DNA from: a virus
DNA: 14,431 bases
Reading direction: 5' to 3' (one strand)
Virus genome (UHGV): UHGV-1968440
A program made the position numbers and the translations under genes. Under the pieces are notes generated by a model. That model was not told the origin of the DNA, did no database searches, and was given only the letters and a program-made list of their open reading frames with translations. How positions within the stretch are numbered: position 1 is the first letter of the stretch; every line of letters starts with the position of its first letter. Shown in pieces: positions 13,017 to 14,431 of the stretch.

Positions 13017-14428
13017 CAGAACTCCATAACCGTGAAACGCTCGTTTTCTCCTTCGCCGCCAATTGGTTCGTTAATGACAGCAAGCATGGTTGCCCACGCA
13101 AGGTCGCCGTGGCTGATCCCCCTCGCGCGGTCCGTTTCGTAAGTGATAAAGCCGCCCGGTGTTTTCACCTTACGCACGGCGTTAAAGGCTGCGACCAGCT
13201 CGCGTTCGGCGCGATCGTATTCCCACCGCCCGGCACGCATTATTTGCAGCATTTTCAGTACCAGCGACCGTTTTGATGACAGCGTGAAGGTGTACGGAAT
13301 AGCAGCAGGGAAAAACCGTTTCACTATCTGATAAACAGCCTCCCCGTTCCCGCCTGTCACATCAATGCCGATGTGTTCCACGTTGTAGCGACACGTGAAC
13401 TCTTCAATGACTCTGGCCTGTTCTTCAAACTCCAGCCCCTGAACGCGTCGCGTCTCCACCGTTCGAAAACGGCCGCCAGGAACAGCCGGAGGAACCACCA
13501 CGGACACAGCGCCGCTGTCGCCGTTTCCACTGCTGCCGTTTGCGTCATACCCAATCCATACCGGACGATTCCCCATCGGGCGGGGAGCAAAAGGTTTCCA
13601 GTCTTTCCAGTCGTCGTATCCGTCAACACCACAGCCAATCAGGATATTCAGGTTAAATGCCGATTCCCCTTCGCGGACAAACTCACACATATAGAGATTG
13701 AGGAACTCGTCTTCGGTGTTTTCATCACGAATTTCATCAATATCGGTGTGTTTCCAGCCGTGATTAACCACATCTTCCAGCGTGACAATTTGCCGCCACG
13801 TCCGGTCAGGGCAGATAAGCCCGTTATGCAGCGTTTTCCAGTCCACAGAAAAACGCTGGCGTTTATGCGAGGCCTTTTTCTCGTTCCAGCGGTCGCCGTT
13901 CCAGTAGGCGTATGCCTCGTGCGTTTCGGTGGATGGCGTGGAGAAGTAGGTGCGCCGCAGTCCGCTGAGGGTTGCCATAGCGCCAGCCACCTTGCGCAGT
14001 TCAGCAAAGCGACTGACCCAGAAAAATTCATCAAAATAAAAATTGCCCGTGTAGGACTGTGCCGTCGCAGCAGAAGTACCAAGAAAATGCAGCTCTGCGC
14101 CGTTGGAGAGGATGATTTTATCGCCCCCTTTCAGCTCCACATCAACTTCAGATGCAGCCTCCTGAATAATGCTTTTAAACTGGAACGCCTGACGACGCGA
14201 CGCAGACAAAAAAATCTGGTTACGCTGGTAAGGTTGCGCCACATCGTCACGCAGCGCCATCAGCAGTGCTTCCTGAGCAAAATACCAGGTCGCCCCAATC
14301 TGTCGGGATTTCAGGACCATCCTGTTACGTATCCCGGCTTCCCTGCAAAGGGTCCTGTCTCTTATACACAAATCCCCACCCGGGGATTTGTGATGTCTGT
14401 CAGTCTGCTTTAGGGGGACTCTTTCCAT
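13016..14428 (-). CDS. P: Terminase large (ATPase) subunit, P2 gpP-like; 5' boundary uncertain
   Basis: 470-aa track ORF in-frame to within 3 nt of the window edge. Walker-A-like KSRQIGAT near the N-terminal end of the recognisable region and a Walker-B-like hydrophobic-DE segment (NFYFDEFFWV). The first ~36 track residues translate a hairpin / IS-end-like sequence and look non-protein-like, so the true start is either the Met at about 14318..14320 or lies beyond the window. Confidence 0.75.
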   Translation of the reverse strand: MERVPLKQTDRHHKSPGGDLCIRDRTLCREAGIRNRMVLKSRQIGATWYFAQEALLMALRDDVAQPYQRNQIFLSASRRQAFQFKSIIQEAASEVDVELKGGDKIILSNGAELHFLGTSAATAQSYTGNFYFDEFFWVSRFAELRKVAGAMATLSGLRRTYFSTPSTETHEAYAYWNGDRWNEKKASHKRQRFSVDWKTLHNGLICPDRTWRQIVTLEDVVNHGWKHTDIDEIRDENTEDEFLNLYMCEFVREGESAFNLNILIGCGVDGYDDWKDWKPFAPRPMGNRPVWIGYDANGSSGNGDSGAVSVVVPPAVPGGRFRTVETRRVQGLEFEEQARVIEEFTCRYNVEHIGIDVTGGNGEAVYQIVKRFFPAAIPYTFTLSSKRSLVLKMLQIMRAGRWEYDRAERELVAAFNAVRKVKTPGGFITYETDRARGISHGDLAWATMLAVINEPIGGEGENERFTVMEF

Positions 14429-14431
14429 CCG

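Noticed and set aside
14275-14345. Apparent frame inconsistency when hand-translating the terminase 5' region
   Set aside because: My manual reading of two homopolymer runs (A-run near 14279, C-run near 14341) gave compensating +1/-1 shifts relative to the supplied track; most likely a reading or line-wrap error on my side, so I followed the track and did not call a frameshift or pseudogene.
1-14431. tRNA/tmRNA genes, rRNA and CRISPR arrays
   Set aside because: No cloverleaf-compatible segment with a GTTCRANYC-type T-loop and no regularly spaced short direct repeats; the repeats present are operator or iteron-like.

Overview
The window reads as the early/replication half of a P2-like (Peduovirus-type) temperate prophage, running into the start of its packaging module. 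Leftward int operon (1011..1988) with two cargo genes behind it, ending at a terminator (58..83). Divergent immunity switch: an HTH repressor (2038..2346, minus) and a Cox/Apl-like gene (2443..2721, plus) around a repeat-bearing operator. A rightward early operon of small, translationally coupled genes follows, ending in a large HUH rolling-circle initiator of the P2 gpA type (6043..8883). Between that gene and the convergent portal gene lies a ~3 kb accessory island, the position P2-like phages use for variable cargo. It holds a ParM/StbA-like actin-type ATPase plus a ParR-like adaptor preceded by 35-bp iterated dyad repeats, an 89-aa Cys/His protein behind an operator-flanked promoter and long structured leader, a ~530-bp repeat-rich non-coding stretch with a 21-bp perfect palindrome, and a 174-aa orphan gene. 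The portal (gpQ-like) and terminase ATPase (gpP-like) genes run leftward at the right edge; the extreme right end carries a Tn5/IS50 outside-end-like motif and an 11-bp hairpin. The ParMR-like module inside an integrase-bearing prophage is the most unusual element. All homology statements are from motif recall, not a database search. No tRNA, rRNA or CRISPR array was seen.
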